From: an uncultured Candidatus Saccharibacteria bacterium | GTDB lineage: Bacteria; Patescibacteriota; Minisyncoccia; Minisyncoccales; Staskawiczbacteraceae | Assembly (NCBI GenBank): GCA_964592355.1 | Contig: CAZQBZ010000002.1 | Coordinates: 1 to 39,650 of the forward strand | Reading direction: 5' to 3' | DNA: 39,650 nucleotides | In this document: one piece after another, positions 8,488-17,410 of the stretch | How positions within the stretch are numbered: the stretch's first letter is position 1 | Layout: every line of letters begins with the position of its first letter | Notes under the pieces: generated by a model | Told to the model about the DNA's origin: nothing | What the model saw: only the letters and a program-made list of their open reading frames with translations | The model's database searches: none | Made by a program: the position numbers and the translations under genes

Positions 8488-9039
8488 ATGCGAATTGATA
8501 AACCAATTACAATAGCCCTGATCCTCTTTGCGATAGTGTTTTTGATATTCTTTTTGGTATACCCAGAGTATGAAACATTTAAAGCCCTTCAACAGGACCT
8601 TGGAATAAAAAGAGCTGAGTACAACGCGGAGTTTGCTTATTACAGCGAGATTACGAGAAACATAGTTGAATTAACCGCCAAGTCAGATAACATAGCCAAA
8701 GTTGACTCTGCTCTGCCGTCAGATCCGGAATTGGGCAGTTTGGTCTATTATATGCAAGACCAGGCATCAAAAAGCGGCCTTGTTTTAAGGAGTCTGTTTT
8801 TGTCAAAAGTTTCGGGTTCGGCGGCCAAAAACACGGTAAAGGATCTTACATTTTCGCTTAATTTGACGGGAAACTATGCTTCCCTCAATCAGTTTATTTC
8901 TTATTTAGAGAATTCTGCAAGGATATTTGAGATTGAAAACATTAACTTCGGATCAGGGGACACTTCAAGGGACACGTCTCAATTCGCCCAGGATAGTATA
9001 TTCAATTTTACAATACAGATTAAAACCTACACTTATTAA
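8488..9039 (+). CDS. pilO: Type IV pilus assembly protein PilO
   Basis: N-terminal TM, a coiled coil, and the PilO-like core FSLNLTGNYASLNQFISYLENSARIFEIENINF. Confidence 0.75.
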   Translation: MRIDKPITIALILFAIVFLIFFLVYPEYETFKALQQDLGIKRAEYNAEFAYYSEITRNIVELTAKSDNIAKVDSALPSDPELGSLVYYMQDQASKSGLVLRSLFLSKVSGSAAKNTVKDLTFSLNLTGNYASLNQFISYLENSARIFEIENINFGSGDTSRDTSQFAQDSIFNFTIQIKTYTY

Positions 9040-9066
9040 AATATATCACTTGGTTAAATTAAACTT

Positions 9067-9588
9067 ATGGCAGTAGTATTCATATCCCCAAAACAAAGAC
9101 AGAGGATGTTTATCACGGGCATAGCCTCCATATTTGGTTTGATTGTTGTGATTATCGCTGCCATAGTGTTTTTTTCTCAACCGGGAGCAGTCGCTCCAGA
9201 ATTAGTTTTTAATAAACCAAAAGTCACAATAGATTTTTCTGTTCTGGACTCCGAACAATTTGGCAGGCTTAATAAATTTGAAAAAATGGAAAACAGATAC
9301 AGCTATGAGGCCACAAAAGGAGAAAATAACGAAAAATCAACGGGATTTATCACCGGTTCATCCATTACCGATGCCAAAAAGAAATTGGAAGACATGGGAT
9401 ACAGAGTTGATAAAATAGAAGAGGTGGACGTTGGCAGAGAAAATCCTTTTGAGCCTTATTATGGGCAAAGTTTAGAGGAAATTATCCAAATTCAAGGAGA
9501 GGAAGGGTCTCCACTGCAGGGATTGGATCAACAGCAGTACGAAGAATATATGCAATATCTTAACGCAATCGAGGGCAGGGAATCTTAA
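9067..9588 (+). CDS. Membrane-anchored hypothetical protein, possibly PilP-like
   Basis: N-terminal TM. Sits between pilO and pilB. The ENPFEPYY motif is reminiscent of the xxPF motif in PilP proteins. Evidence is weak. Confidence 0.3.
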   Translation: MAVVFISPKQRQRMFITGIASIFGLIVVIIAAIVFFSQPGAVAPELVFNKPKVTIDFSVLDSEQFGRLNKFEKMENRYSYEATKGENNEKSTGFITGSSITDAKKKLEDMGYRVDKIEEVDVGRENPFEPYYGQSLEEIIQIQGEEGSPLQGLDQQQYEEYMQYLNAIEGRES

Positions 9589-9608
9589 TAAAATATACCA
9601 AATTTATA

Positions 9609-11345
9609 ATGAAATTATTACAAGAGTTATTTGCAAGCGGACTGATTTCTGAATCCAAAATGGATGAGCTTCAAAAAGAAGTCGAAAAAACTGGCAAACG
9701 CGAGGATGATATTATTTTAGAAAATAAAATTCTTTCAGAGAACGATTTGTTTGACCTAAAAAGCAGGACATTAAGAGTTCCTCTGCAAAAAATCAAGGCC
9801 GAAGAAGTGCCGGTTGATGTTTTGGAAATAGTCCCAGACGAAGCTGCGAACAATTATAAAATGGTGGCTTTTGCCAAAAAGGACAATGTGGTTCAAATAG
9901 GAATGGTTTATCCTGAAAATTTAGCCGCCCAGAATGCTTTGAGGTTTTTGGCCAGCCAACAAAGGTTTTCATATCATGTTTTCCTTATAACTCCGACCAA
10001 TTTTTCGGAGATGCAAAAGCAAAGGAAAAATTTGGCAGCAGAAACCAAAAGAACTTTAGAAGAGCTGGCGCAAGAAAGAAAGAAAAGGCAAGGAGTTAAT
10101 TTAATAGGTCAAGAGATTCCCGATGAGGAGCAGTCAACAATATCAGAGGACGCCCCTGTTATTAAAATGGTGTTCGTGATATTGAGGCATGCCTTAGAAG
10201 CCAAGGCTTCCGATATACACATTGAGCCGAGGAGAGATAAGCTGGATGTAAGATTCAGACTTAACGGAGTTTTAAAATCGAGCCTTACATTGCCGTTAAA
10301 AGTGCACTTGTCTGTTGTTGCCAGAATTAAAATTATGTCCGGGTTGAAAATTGACGAAAGCAGGGTTCCTCAAGATGGAAGGTTTTCAACCAAAATAGAC
10401 GGGGCGAATATAGACTTTAGGGTTGCGACGTTTCCAACGCTTTTTGGAGAAAAGGTGGAGCTTAGAATTTTGGACCCATCTACGGGCTCGAGGACATTTG
10501 ATGACTTGGGGTTATCGGGAAGGAATTTGGAAGTTATAAAAGAAGCGATTAAAAAACCCTATGGACTTATATTGTTTACCGGTCCAACCGGCTCAGGAAA
10601 AACAACGACCCAATACGCCATATTGAGAATTTTGAATGACGAAAAAGTAAATATAGTCACTATAGAAGACCCTATTGAATATTCTATTGACGGAATAAAC
10701 CAGTCTCAAATAAAACCGGATATCGGGTATACTTTTGCCTCGGGGCTTCGCCAAATTCTTAGGCAAGACCCAAATATTATAATGGTCGGAGAAATTAGAG
10801 ATGAAGAAACGGCCGATCTTGTCATGAACGCCGCTTTAACGGGGCATATTGTGCTTTCAACGTTGCACACAAACTCATCTATTGGTGTGGTCGCCAGGCT
10901 TATAGATATGAAAGTGAGGCCATTTTTGATACCATCAACATTAAGGATAGTTATTGCTCAGAGGTTAGTGAGAACACTTTGTCCCAATTGCAAGATAAAA
11001 ATTAAACCGGAAGAAAAAATAGCAAAATTTATTACAGATAAGGTGGGGAACATGCCGCCCTCGGAGCGGGAAAAAATAAAAATTCCTGACCCATTTAATA
11101 TTTATGCTGCTAAGGGGTGCGAAGAATGCTCCTTTACGGGATATTCGGATAGAACCGCATTGTTTGAAGTTTTATCTATAAACGATGAAATTTCCGAGCT
11201 TATTCTAAAAGATCCTTCTGAACTTGCTATATTTAAAGCAGCTCAAAAACAGGGAATGATAACAATGGAGCAGGACGGTATTTTGAAAGTTTTGAAAGGA
11301 GAAACCTCGATAGACGAAGTGGTCAGGGTGACAACAGAGAGATAG
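9609..11345 (+). CDS. pilB: Type IV pilus assembly (extension) ATPase PilB, GspE family
   Basis: N-terminal T2SSE_N-like domain. Walker A GPTGSGKTTT, Asp box IVTIEDPIEY, Walker B IIMVGEIRD, His box VLSTLHTN. Tetracysteine CPNC...CEEC. Confidence 0.95.
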   Translation: MKLLQELFASGLISESKMDELQKEVEKTGKREDDIILENKILSENDLFDLKSRTLRVPLQKIKAEEVPVDVLEIVPDEAANNYKMVAFAKKDNVVQIGMVYPENLAAQNALRFLASQQRFSYHVFLITPTNFSEMQKQRKNLAAETKRTLEELAQERKKRQGVNLIGQEIPDEEQSTISEDAPVIKMVFVILRHALEAKASDIHIEPRRDKLDVRFRLNGVLKSSLTLPLKVHLSVVARIKIMSGLKIDESRVPQDGRFSTKIDGANIDFRVATFPTLFGEKVELRILDPSTGSRTFDDLGLSGRNLEVIKEAIKKPYGLILFTGPTGSGKTTTQYAILRILNDEKVNIVTIEDPIEYSIDGINQSQIKPDIGYTFASGLRQILRQDPNIIMVGEIRDEETADLVMNAALTGHIVLSTLHTNSSIGVVARLIDMKVRPFLIPSTLRIVIAQRLVRTLCPNCKIKIKPEEKIAKFITDKVGNMPPSEREKIKIPDPFNIYAAKGCEECSFTGYSDRTALFEVLSINDEISELILKDPSELAIFKAAQKQGMITMEQDGILKVLKGETSIDEVVRVTTER

Positions 11346-11403
11346 TTAAACCGAGGGATTATGTCGGCGCGAATAAATTTATGTTTTTTATTTAAAAATA
11401 ATT

Positions 11404-12468
11404 ATGGATTATTTAGAGTATTTTAAAAAACTTTTGGATATAGTTGTAAAGCAAGAGGCCTCTGACCTTGATATTTCAGTTGGACATGTTCCAAATATCA
11501 GAATTACCGGACAATTGGTTCCCCTTGGGCAGGAGGGCATAATATTGCCCAAAGACGCAGAAGGATTGGCAGCTGCCGTAATGTCGGAAAGCCAGTACAA
11601 GCGCTTTATGGAAGATAAAGAAATTGACTTTTCTTATCAGCATGAAGAAAAGGGGAGATTTCGCGCAAACGTTTTTTTTCAGCGTGGGAACATAAGCTTG
11701 GCGTTGCGTTTTATTCCGGCCAAGATTCGCACAATAGAAGAATTAAATTTGCCCCCAATTCTGCATAATTTTGCAAGCAGGACGCAGGGATTGGTGCTTG
11801 TTACAGGAGCCACAAGCCAAGGAAAATCCACGACATTGGCGGCAATGGTAAACGAAATAAACATGACCAGGGCCGTGCATATAATCTCCATTGAAGACCC
11901 GATAGAATATACATATCCCATCAGCCGCGCGATTGTAGACCAAAGGGAAGTTGGAATAGATACCTTTAATTTTAACAATGCTTTAAGGTCCAGCCTCCGC
12001 CAAAATCCCGATGTGATTATGGTTGGAGAGATGAGAGATTTGGAAACAATAGGCACCACAATAACCGCGGCCGAAACGGGACACTTGGTTTTTGCGACAC
12101 TGCATACCAATTCGGCGGCGCAAACAATACACAGAATAGTAGATGTTTTTCCGGCAGAGCAACAAGAACAGATAAGGTTTCAACTATCCAGTTCTCTTTT
12201 AGGAATAGTTTCCCAAAGGCTTGTTCCGAGAATCCAGGGCGGATTTATTCCTGCCTGCGAAATCATGGTATGCAATAATGCAGTGGGAACATTAATTAGA
12301 GAAAATAAAGTGCATGAAATACCGGCTGTCATAGAGACTTCATCAAAAGAAGGCATGGTGTCTTTTTCCAGGGCATTGGTGGATCTTGCCAGAAAAAAAG
12401 AAATATCAATGAAGTCGGCAATGGATTATTCGCTTAATCCTTCCGAAGTTAAAAATTTATTAAAGTAA
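11404..12468 (+). CDS. pilT: Type IV pilus retraction ATPase PilT
   Basis: 354 aa. Walker A GATSQGKSTT, IISIEDPIEY, VIMVGEMRD, VFATLHTNSAAQTIHRIVDVF. A GTLIRE variant of the PilT AIRNLIRE signature. Confidence 0.9.
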   Translation: MDYLEYFKKLLDIVVKQEASDLDISVGHVPNIRITGQLVPLGQEGIILPKDAEGLAAAVMSESQYKRFMEDKEIDFSYQHEEKGRFRANVFFQRGNISLALRFIPAKIRTIEELNLPPILHNFASRTQGLVLVTGATSQGKSTTLAAMVNEINMTRAVHIISIEDPIEYTYPISRAIVDQREVGIDTFNFNNALRSSLRQNPDVIMVGEMRDLETIGTTITAAETGHLVFATLHTNSAAQTIHRIVDVFPAEQQEQIRFQLSSSLLGIVSQRLVPRIQGGFIPACEIMVCNNAVGTLIRENKVHEIPAVIETSSKEGMVSFSRALVDLARKKEISMKSAMDYSLNPSEVKNLLK

Positions 12469-12474
12469 TGAATG

Positions 12475-12546
12475 CGTCATTGCGAGGCCACAGGCCGAAG
12501 CAATCTAAGCTCGATGTTGAGATTGCTTCGCTGATGCTCGCAATGA
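12475..12546. repeat. Nested GC-rich palindromic element in the pilT-pilC spacer
   Basis: Outer arms GTCATTGCGAG (12475-12485) and CTCGCAATGAC (12536-12546). Inner arms CGAAGCAATCT (12495-12505) and AGATTGCTTCG (12519-12529). Confidence 0.7.
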
Positions 12547-12555
12547 CAGAATAAT

Positions 12556-13764
12556 TTGAAGTATATCTATCAAGCCAGAACCAAGGAGGGAAAGATTGAG
12601 ACAGGAACTGTTGAAGCTTCAACCAGAGAGACAGCTGCTCTTTTGTTGCAAAAATACGGCATATTCCCGACATCACTCAAAGAGGAGCAGCCATTGCTTT
12701 CCAAACTGAAAGACATTCCTATTTTTGAAAGAGTTTCTAAAAAAGACCTTGCTATTTTTTCAAGGCAACTCGCAGTTTTGCTTCAATCAAGGGTTCCGGT
12801 AACGCAAAGCTTGAAAAGCCTTGCCGTGCAAACAAAAAAGAAAAGCTTTAAGGAAAAAATAGTCAAAATATCTCAACTCGTGGAGGAGGGAAATTCATTG
12901 TCTGATGCTTTTGGAAATTATCCCGAAGTTTTTAATGTATTTTATGTGAGCCTTGTCAAAACAGGAGAAGCGTCGGGAAAAATATCAGACTCTTTATATT
13001 ATTTGTCTGAACACTTGGAGAGAGAGGCTGATATATCCGCCCAAATAAGGGGAGCCATGATCTACCCGATATTCGTTATTTTGGTTTTGTTTGTGGTGGT
13101 GCTGATAATAATGTTTTTCGTGATGCCAAGGGTTACAGACCTGCTCAGGGAAACAACAACCAATCCTCCGCTTATGACAAAGCTGGCAATAGGATTTTAT
13201 GACTTTTTGTTCCACTATGGATGGATAATTGTGGTGGCGTTTGCGTCTCTTGTGGTATTCATAATATATTATTTTACAACCCCGAAGGGTAAAGAAAATT
13301 ATGACAGGTTGATTTTGAAAATCCCATTTTTGGACAGTTTTATGAAAAAGATATTCCTTATCAGGTTCGCCGAAAACATTTCAACGCTTATAGGCGCGGG
13401 GTTATCGATTAACAACGCTTTAAAAATTACAAAAGACACGGTTTCAAATTATATTTATAAACAAATAATCGGCGAAACGGAGCAAAGGGTTTCTGAGGGA
13501 GAAAAAATATCTTCTGTTTTGGTGAAATATCCAGATTATGCTCCGCCCTTTGTGGTGCAAATGATACAAGTTGGAGAAGATACTGGAAGACTGGATAAAA
13601 ACCTTATGGAAATCGTGAATTTTTACAACAAAGAGGTAAAAAGAACCGTGGAGGTTTTTACTGCGATGCTGGAGCCCATATTGATAATCTTTTTGGGAGT
13701 TATAGTGGCATTGCTTGCTGTAACGGTTTTGGAGCCATTGTATGGGTCGTTAAGCACGCTTTAA
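12556..13764 (+). CDS. pilC: Type IV pilus platform protein PilC (GspF family)
   Basis: TTG start. N-terminus YIYQARTKEGKIETGTVEA. Two GspF repeats (SRQLAVLLQSRVP...SLSDAF and AENISTLIGAGLSI...GEKISSVL). Three TM helices. Confidence 0.92.
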   Translation: MKYIYQARTKEGKIETGTVEASTRETAALLLQKYGIFPTSLKEEQPLLSKLKDIPIFERVSKKDLAIFSRQLAVLLQSRVPVTQSLKSLAVQTKKKSFKEKIVKISQLVEEGNSLSDAFGNYPEVFNVFYVSLVKTGEASGKISDSLYYLSEHLEREADISAQIRGAMIYPIFVILVLFVVVLIIMFFVMPRVTDLLRETTTNPPLMTKLAIGFYDFLFHYGWIIVVAFASLVVFIIYYFTTPKGKENYDRLILKIPFLDSFMKKIFLIRFAENISTLIGAGLSINNALKITKDTVSNYIYKQIIGETEQRVSEGEKISSVLVKYPDYAPPFVVQMIQVGEDTGRLDKNLMEIVNFYNKEVKRTVEVFTAMLEPILIIFLGVIVALLAVTVLEPLYGSLSTL

Positions 13765-13858
13765 TCAATAGTATAAACTTCCTTTTTACAAATTCTCGCC
13801 CACAAAACTTCAATTTTCGCTACGAATTTTATTAAGCAACAAGTCTAATATAAAACAT

Positions 13859-14290
13859 ATGAAAAAAGAAAAAGGTTTTACGCTTGTCGAGCTTGTGATA
13901 ACCATTGCCATTATTGGGATTTTATCAACGATTGTCATGTTCAGCGTAGTGCAATATGTGAATAAGAGTAAGGATGCTAATATAGTGGGAAACTTGGCCA
14001 TTTTGGTTTCGTCCGGAGAAGTGTATTATAACAGCAATCAGGATTATGACGGATTTTGCGCTTCCAGCGTTGTCACAAACTCGTTTGCAGAAATGCCAAA
14101 AGTGGGAAGCTCTACTTATGGCTGTATCGAGGGGTATGACAATGATTCTTGGGTTGCCTACGCCCAAATGTTTTCCAATAATGATTATGCTTATTGCGTT
14201 GACAGCAGGGGCGTTAAGAGGAGGATTGATTGGACAAGCGTGGGTTCTATAAATCAAAACTCTTCGGAGTGCCCGGCCGCCGCCAGTTAA
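13859..14290 (+). CDS. Type IV pilin (prepilin with class III signal peptide)
   Basis: MKKEKG|FTLVELVITIAIIGILSTIV, giving a G-1/F+1/E+5 cleavage-methylation motif. Four Cys in the C-terminal half. Three N-X-S/T sequons. Confidence 0.9.
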   Translation: MKKEKGFTLVELVITIAIIGILSTIVMFSVVQYVNKSKDANIVGNLAILVSSGEVYYNSNQDYDGFCASSVVTNSFAEMPKVGSSTYGCIEGYDNDSWVAYAQMFSNNDYAYCVDSRGVKRRIDWTSVGSINQNSSECPAAAS

Positions 14291-14366
14291 GCTTGTATAA
14301 AAAAATGTCTTTGTGATATAATAAAAAATAATAAGTTATCTTATATTAGGTCGACCAAATTACGGA

Positions 14367-14396
14367 TTGACAACAGAATAATTTATAAAATATAAT
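14367..14396 (+). promoter_or_regulatory. Consensus sigma70-like promoter for the second pilin gene
   Basis: TTGACA (14367-14372), 18 nt, TATAAT (14391-14396). A second TATAAT lies at 14401-14406 within a tandem ATATAATAAA repeat. Confidence 0.55.
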
Positions 14397-14419
14397 AAAA
14401 TATAATAAAATAAAAAAAC

Positions 14420-14842
14420 ATGAAAACACAAAAAGGTTTTACAATTATTGAGTTGATTGTGGTTATCGCCATTATCGCGGTTTTGGCCACAATCGTTATG
14501 ATTAACGTCACCCAATATATCGCCAAAGGAAAAGACGCTTCCATAAAAGGAAACATGTCCTCTATCACCACATCCGCCGCGGCTTATTATGATTCACAAA
14601 GCCCAAACACCTATACAAATTTGCAGAATAACCCGGTTGTCATAGCAGCCAACACTCAGATAAATAAAGCTTCCGGAGAATTGAATTATCTTGCAGCCAA
14701 TGATTCAAGCTGGTGCGCTTGCGCCAATTTGGTAGCAAATAGCGCCAATTATTACTGTGTTGACTCAACTGGATTGAAAGAAGAGGCAGCAGGAGATTGC
14801 GCCACAACTACACTTTGCGACACTACTCAAGCTTGTCACTAA
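14420..14842 (+). CDS. Type IV pilin, candidate major pilin
   Basis: MKTQKG|FTIIELIVVIAIIAVLATIV. Six Cys and three N-X-S/T sequons. It has its own consensus promoter and a strong terminator. Confidence 0.9.
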   Translation: MKTQKGFTIIELIVVIAIIAVLATIVMINVTQYIAKGKDASIKGNMSSITTSAAAYYDSQSPNTYTNLQNNPVVIAANTQINKASGELNYLAANDSSWCACANLVANSANYYCVDSTGLKEEAAGDCATTTLCDTTQACH

Positions 14843-14856
14843 ACAGAGATTTTAAA

Positions 14857-14887
14857 ACACCTGTCGCATTGCGACGGGTGTTTTTTT
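14857..14887 (+). terminator. Rho-independent terminator after pilin 2
   Basis: ACACCTGTCGC-ATT-GCGACGGGTG followed by TTTTTTT (14881-14887). Confidence 0.8.
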
Positions 14888-14917
14888 ATGGCATCATAAT
14901 TATATATAGAAATAAAA

Positions 14918-14966
14918 TCCGTAGGCGTCGGCCGTAAAATCCGCGGAAGTCGCGACTCCCGCGGGC
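14918..14966. repeat. GC-rich palindromic element just upstream of the oligosaccharyltransferase gene
   Basis: CCGCGGAAGTCGCGACTCCCGCGG (14941-14964) is a near-perfect palindrome. It is related to the element at 20137-20167. Confidence 0.65.
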
Positions 14967-14974
14967 TAAAAAAA

Positions 14975-17410
14975 ATGAAGACCATAGATAAAATTCGTGG
15001 AGCATCAATTATTGTGGGATTTTTAAAAAGAAATATAGTATTTATCTTTTTAGTTGCCATTTTTATTTTTGCATTAGCCATAAGAATATTGCCATCTTGG
15101 AGCATTGTTTTTTCCGATCCCGTGAAATATTCTTACGACGACGGAATTTATCATATGAGGCTTGTGGAAAATATGCTTTTGGGGGGCCATAGCAGAATTT
15201 ATTTTGACCCGTTTACCAACTTTCCCCATGGTTCATATATGCACTTTACACCTCTTTTTGATTGGATTTTTGCTGCGGTTGTTTGGATTATTTCATTGGG
15301 AAAACCAACTTTGGATTCCATAAATAAAATAGCCCCTTTTGTGCCGGCTGTTATGGGTGCCGTCATAATTTTGCCGGTTTATTTTCTGCACAAAGAGATT
15401 TTTAAAAATAAATTGTCGGCTATTTTAGCGTCATTTTTTGTCGTGATTTCGCCGGTTTTTTTGTTCAGATCTGTTTTGGGGTATGCTGACCACCACGTTT
15501 TGGAAGTGTTGCTTTCTACCCTTTCAATATTGTTTTTAGTTTTGGCCTTACAACACGGCAGGGCCAAGCAAGACAAAAAATTCTGGATATTGGCAGTTTT
15601 ATGCGGATTTTCTTTAGGGCTTTATTTTTTGGCATGGACGGGAGCCACGATGTTTTTATTTTTATTTTTTTGTTTTCTGGTTTTTTATTATTTATCGCAA
15701 TATTTTTTTGGACACAGGGAAAACTGGATTTTGTGGCTTGGTTTAACGATATTTTTTGTTTCTTTCTTAATGATTTTGCCGTTTTTCGGCCATCCGGATT
15801 TATTTAATACATATATGTACAATATAGTGCATGTATTGGCGTTTTCTTTGGGCGTGGGCGCATTTTTTATGCTTTTGCTTATTGATAGGCTATTTTTAGA
15901 AAAGGGAATCAATCCCAAACTGATGCCCTTGTTTTTTGCGGCGGCCATAATATTGCTTTTAGTTTCAATTAAAATATTTTTTCCGTTTTTGTTCGGTTAT
16001 TTAATTTCCGGCGTCAAGGAAGTAAATACGGGAATGGTGGAATATGCTATGGCCAGGGAGCTTGTCAGCGAAATGCAGCCGTCTTCGTTTGGGGGATTGG
16101 CGCAGGGATTTCAAATGGTGTTTATAGGTTCCTTGATGGCGATAATCTTTGCGGTTTATGAGTTTGTAAAGACAAAAAAGCCGGAATTTCTATTTTTGTC
16201 CATATGGGCGATATTCATACTGCTGATGACGGGAATGATTCCGCTTTTCGGCCAGACCAGGTTTGCTTATTATCTTGCCCCTATCTTTTCAATATTGCTT
16301 GCCTATCTGTTGTCAGAGATGATTGCATTCGGATGGGAGTCTCTCCAAAAAGCCAAAGAATTGTCGAACGACAGTCCATATAAAAAGTATGTCAATTACG
16401 GGGGCTTGTCTATAATTTTTATCGCTTTTTTTGTCTTGCTTTATCCTTTTCCATTTAATTTGGATTCGTCGTTTCCAAAAAGCCTTCCATACATTTTGCA
16501 ACCTGTCGTATATAATTCTAAGCTTATGCCGGCAAGCAAAGACAGGTATGAATTAACAACTTGGTTAAAAAACAATACGCCAGACCCGGGGGTTGACTAC
16601 TATGGGTTTTATCAAGAGCCAGGCATTAACAAAGAAACCGGCGAGGTCAATGATTATGAATATCCTGATTCTTCTTACGGCGTTCTGGCCGTGTGGGATT
16701 TGGGGCATATGATTACTTATTATGGTCACAGAATGGCAATTGCAAATCCTTTTCAGGATGGCATCGGACGAAAAAAATCTGACGGCTCAATAATTCCAGG
16801 ATGGACAACTTTCTTTTTGGAAAAGAATGAAAAAACGGCTACGCAGTATTTAGACGACTTAAAAGCAAGATATGTGATTGCCGATTCGGCTTCGGCCAAT
16901 ACAGATGGAATCTATCAGCACATGATAAAGTGGCAACAGGATAATCTTGATGGTTTTTTGGCCCAAGACGGAAAAAGCATAGATATGGACAGATATTATG
17001 GCTCAATGATTGCAAAACTATCCCTGTTTGACGGAAAAAAAACAAATATTGACGGGTTGGATATCCCGGCGCTAAGCCATTTTAGGCTGGTTTATGAATC
17101 TGTCACAACAGATTTTTCATTAAAAATAGACGATAATCAGGATATTAAAAAATATAAGATATTTGAATATGTTAAAGGGGCCGTTATCAGCGGATCGGTT
17201 ATTCCCGGAAGCGAGGTTGAAATTTCCATTAATATAAAAACAAACCAGGGCAGGGATTTTACATATAAGAACAGCGCAATTTTTCAGAAAGAAGGATTTG
17301 AATTTACGGTTCCCTACGCCGGAACATATACAATTAAAACGGGCCGCCAAACAAAAGAGGTAGAGGTTTTGGAGGCCGACATATTAAACGGAGAAACAAT
17401 TAAGCTATGA
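14975..17410 (+). CDS. STT3/AglB/PglB-family oligosaccharyltransferase (GT-C fold)
   Basis: 811 aa with many N-terminal TM helices and a soluble C-terminal domain. Motifs: YSYDDGIYHMR (first-loop acidic motif), GYADHHVLEV (second acidic motif), AVWDLGHMITYYG (WWDYG-type motif), then ANPFQDG. The stop overlaps the next start (ATGA). Confidence 0.8.
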   Translation: MKTIDKIRGASIIVGFLKRNIVFIFLVAIFIFALAIRILPSWSIVFSDPVKYSYDDGIYHMRLVENMLLGGHSRIYFDPFTNFPHGSYMHFTPLFDWIFAAVVWIISLGKPTLDSINKIAPFVPAVMGAVIILPVYFLHKEIFKNKLSAILASFFVVISPVFLFRSVLGYADHHVLEVLLSTLSILFLVLALQHGRAKQDKKFWILAVLCGFSLGLYFLAWTGATMFLFLFFCFLVFYYLSQYFFGHRENWILWLGLTIFFVSFLMILPFFGHPDLFNTYMYNIVHVLAFSLGVGAFFMLLLIDRLFLEKGINPKLMPLFFAAAIILLLVSIKIFFPFLFGYLISGVKEVNTGMVEYAMARELVSEMQPSSFGGLAQGFQMVFIGSLMAIIFAVYEFVKTKKPEFLFLSIWAIFILLMTGMIPLFGQTRFAYYLAPIFSILLAYLLSEMIAFGWESLQKAKELSNDSPYKKYVNYGGLSIIFIAFFVLLYPFPFNLDSSFPKSLPYILQPVVYNSKLMPASKDRYELTTWLKNNTPDPGVDYYGFYQEPGINKETGEVNDYEYPDSSYGVLAVWDLGHMITYYGHRMAIANPFQDGIGRKKSDGSIIPGWTTFFLEKNEKTATQYLDDLKARYVIADSASANTDGIYQHMIKWQQDNLDGFLAQDGKSIDMDRYYGSMIAKLSLFDGKKTNIDGLDIPALSHFRLVYESVTTDFSLKIDDNQDIKKYKIFEYVKGAVISGSVIPGSEVEISINIKTNQGRDFTYKNSAIFQKEGFEFTVPYAGTYTIKTGRQTKEVEVLEADILNGETIKL

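Noticed and set aside
11409-12183. Several minus-strand ORFs (60-143 aa) inside pilT, and similar ORFs inside pilB, pilC, ligA, the SEDS gene, the OST and both giant genes
   Set aside because: All are nested antisense or out of frame within genes that have strong family motifs. None has motifs of its own. In the repeat region they recur simply because the DNA is repeated.
12449-12676. Minus-strand ORF spanning the pilT-pilC spacer (contains ...CFGLWPRNDAF...)
   Set aside because: It is the translation of the palindromic repeat element plus the antisense of the pilC start. Such peptides are a typical artefact of GC-rich palindromes.
13765-13858. Promoter (sigma70 or sigma54) for the first pilin gene
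   Set aside because: I found no convincing -35/-10 pair with proper spacing and no TGGCAC-N5-TTGC element, so none is reported.
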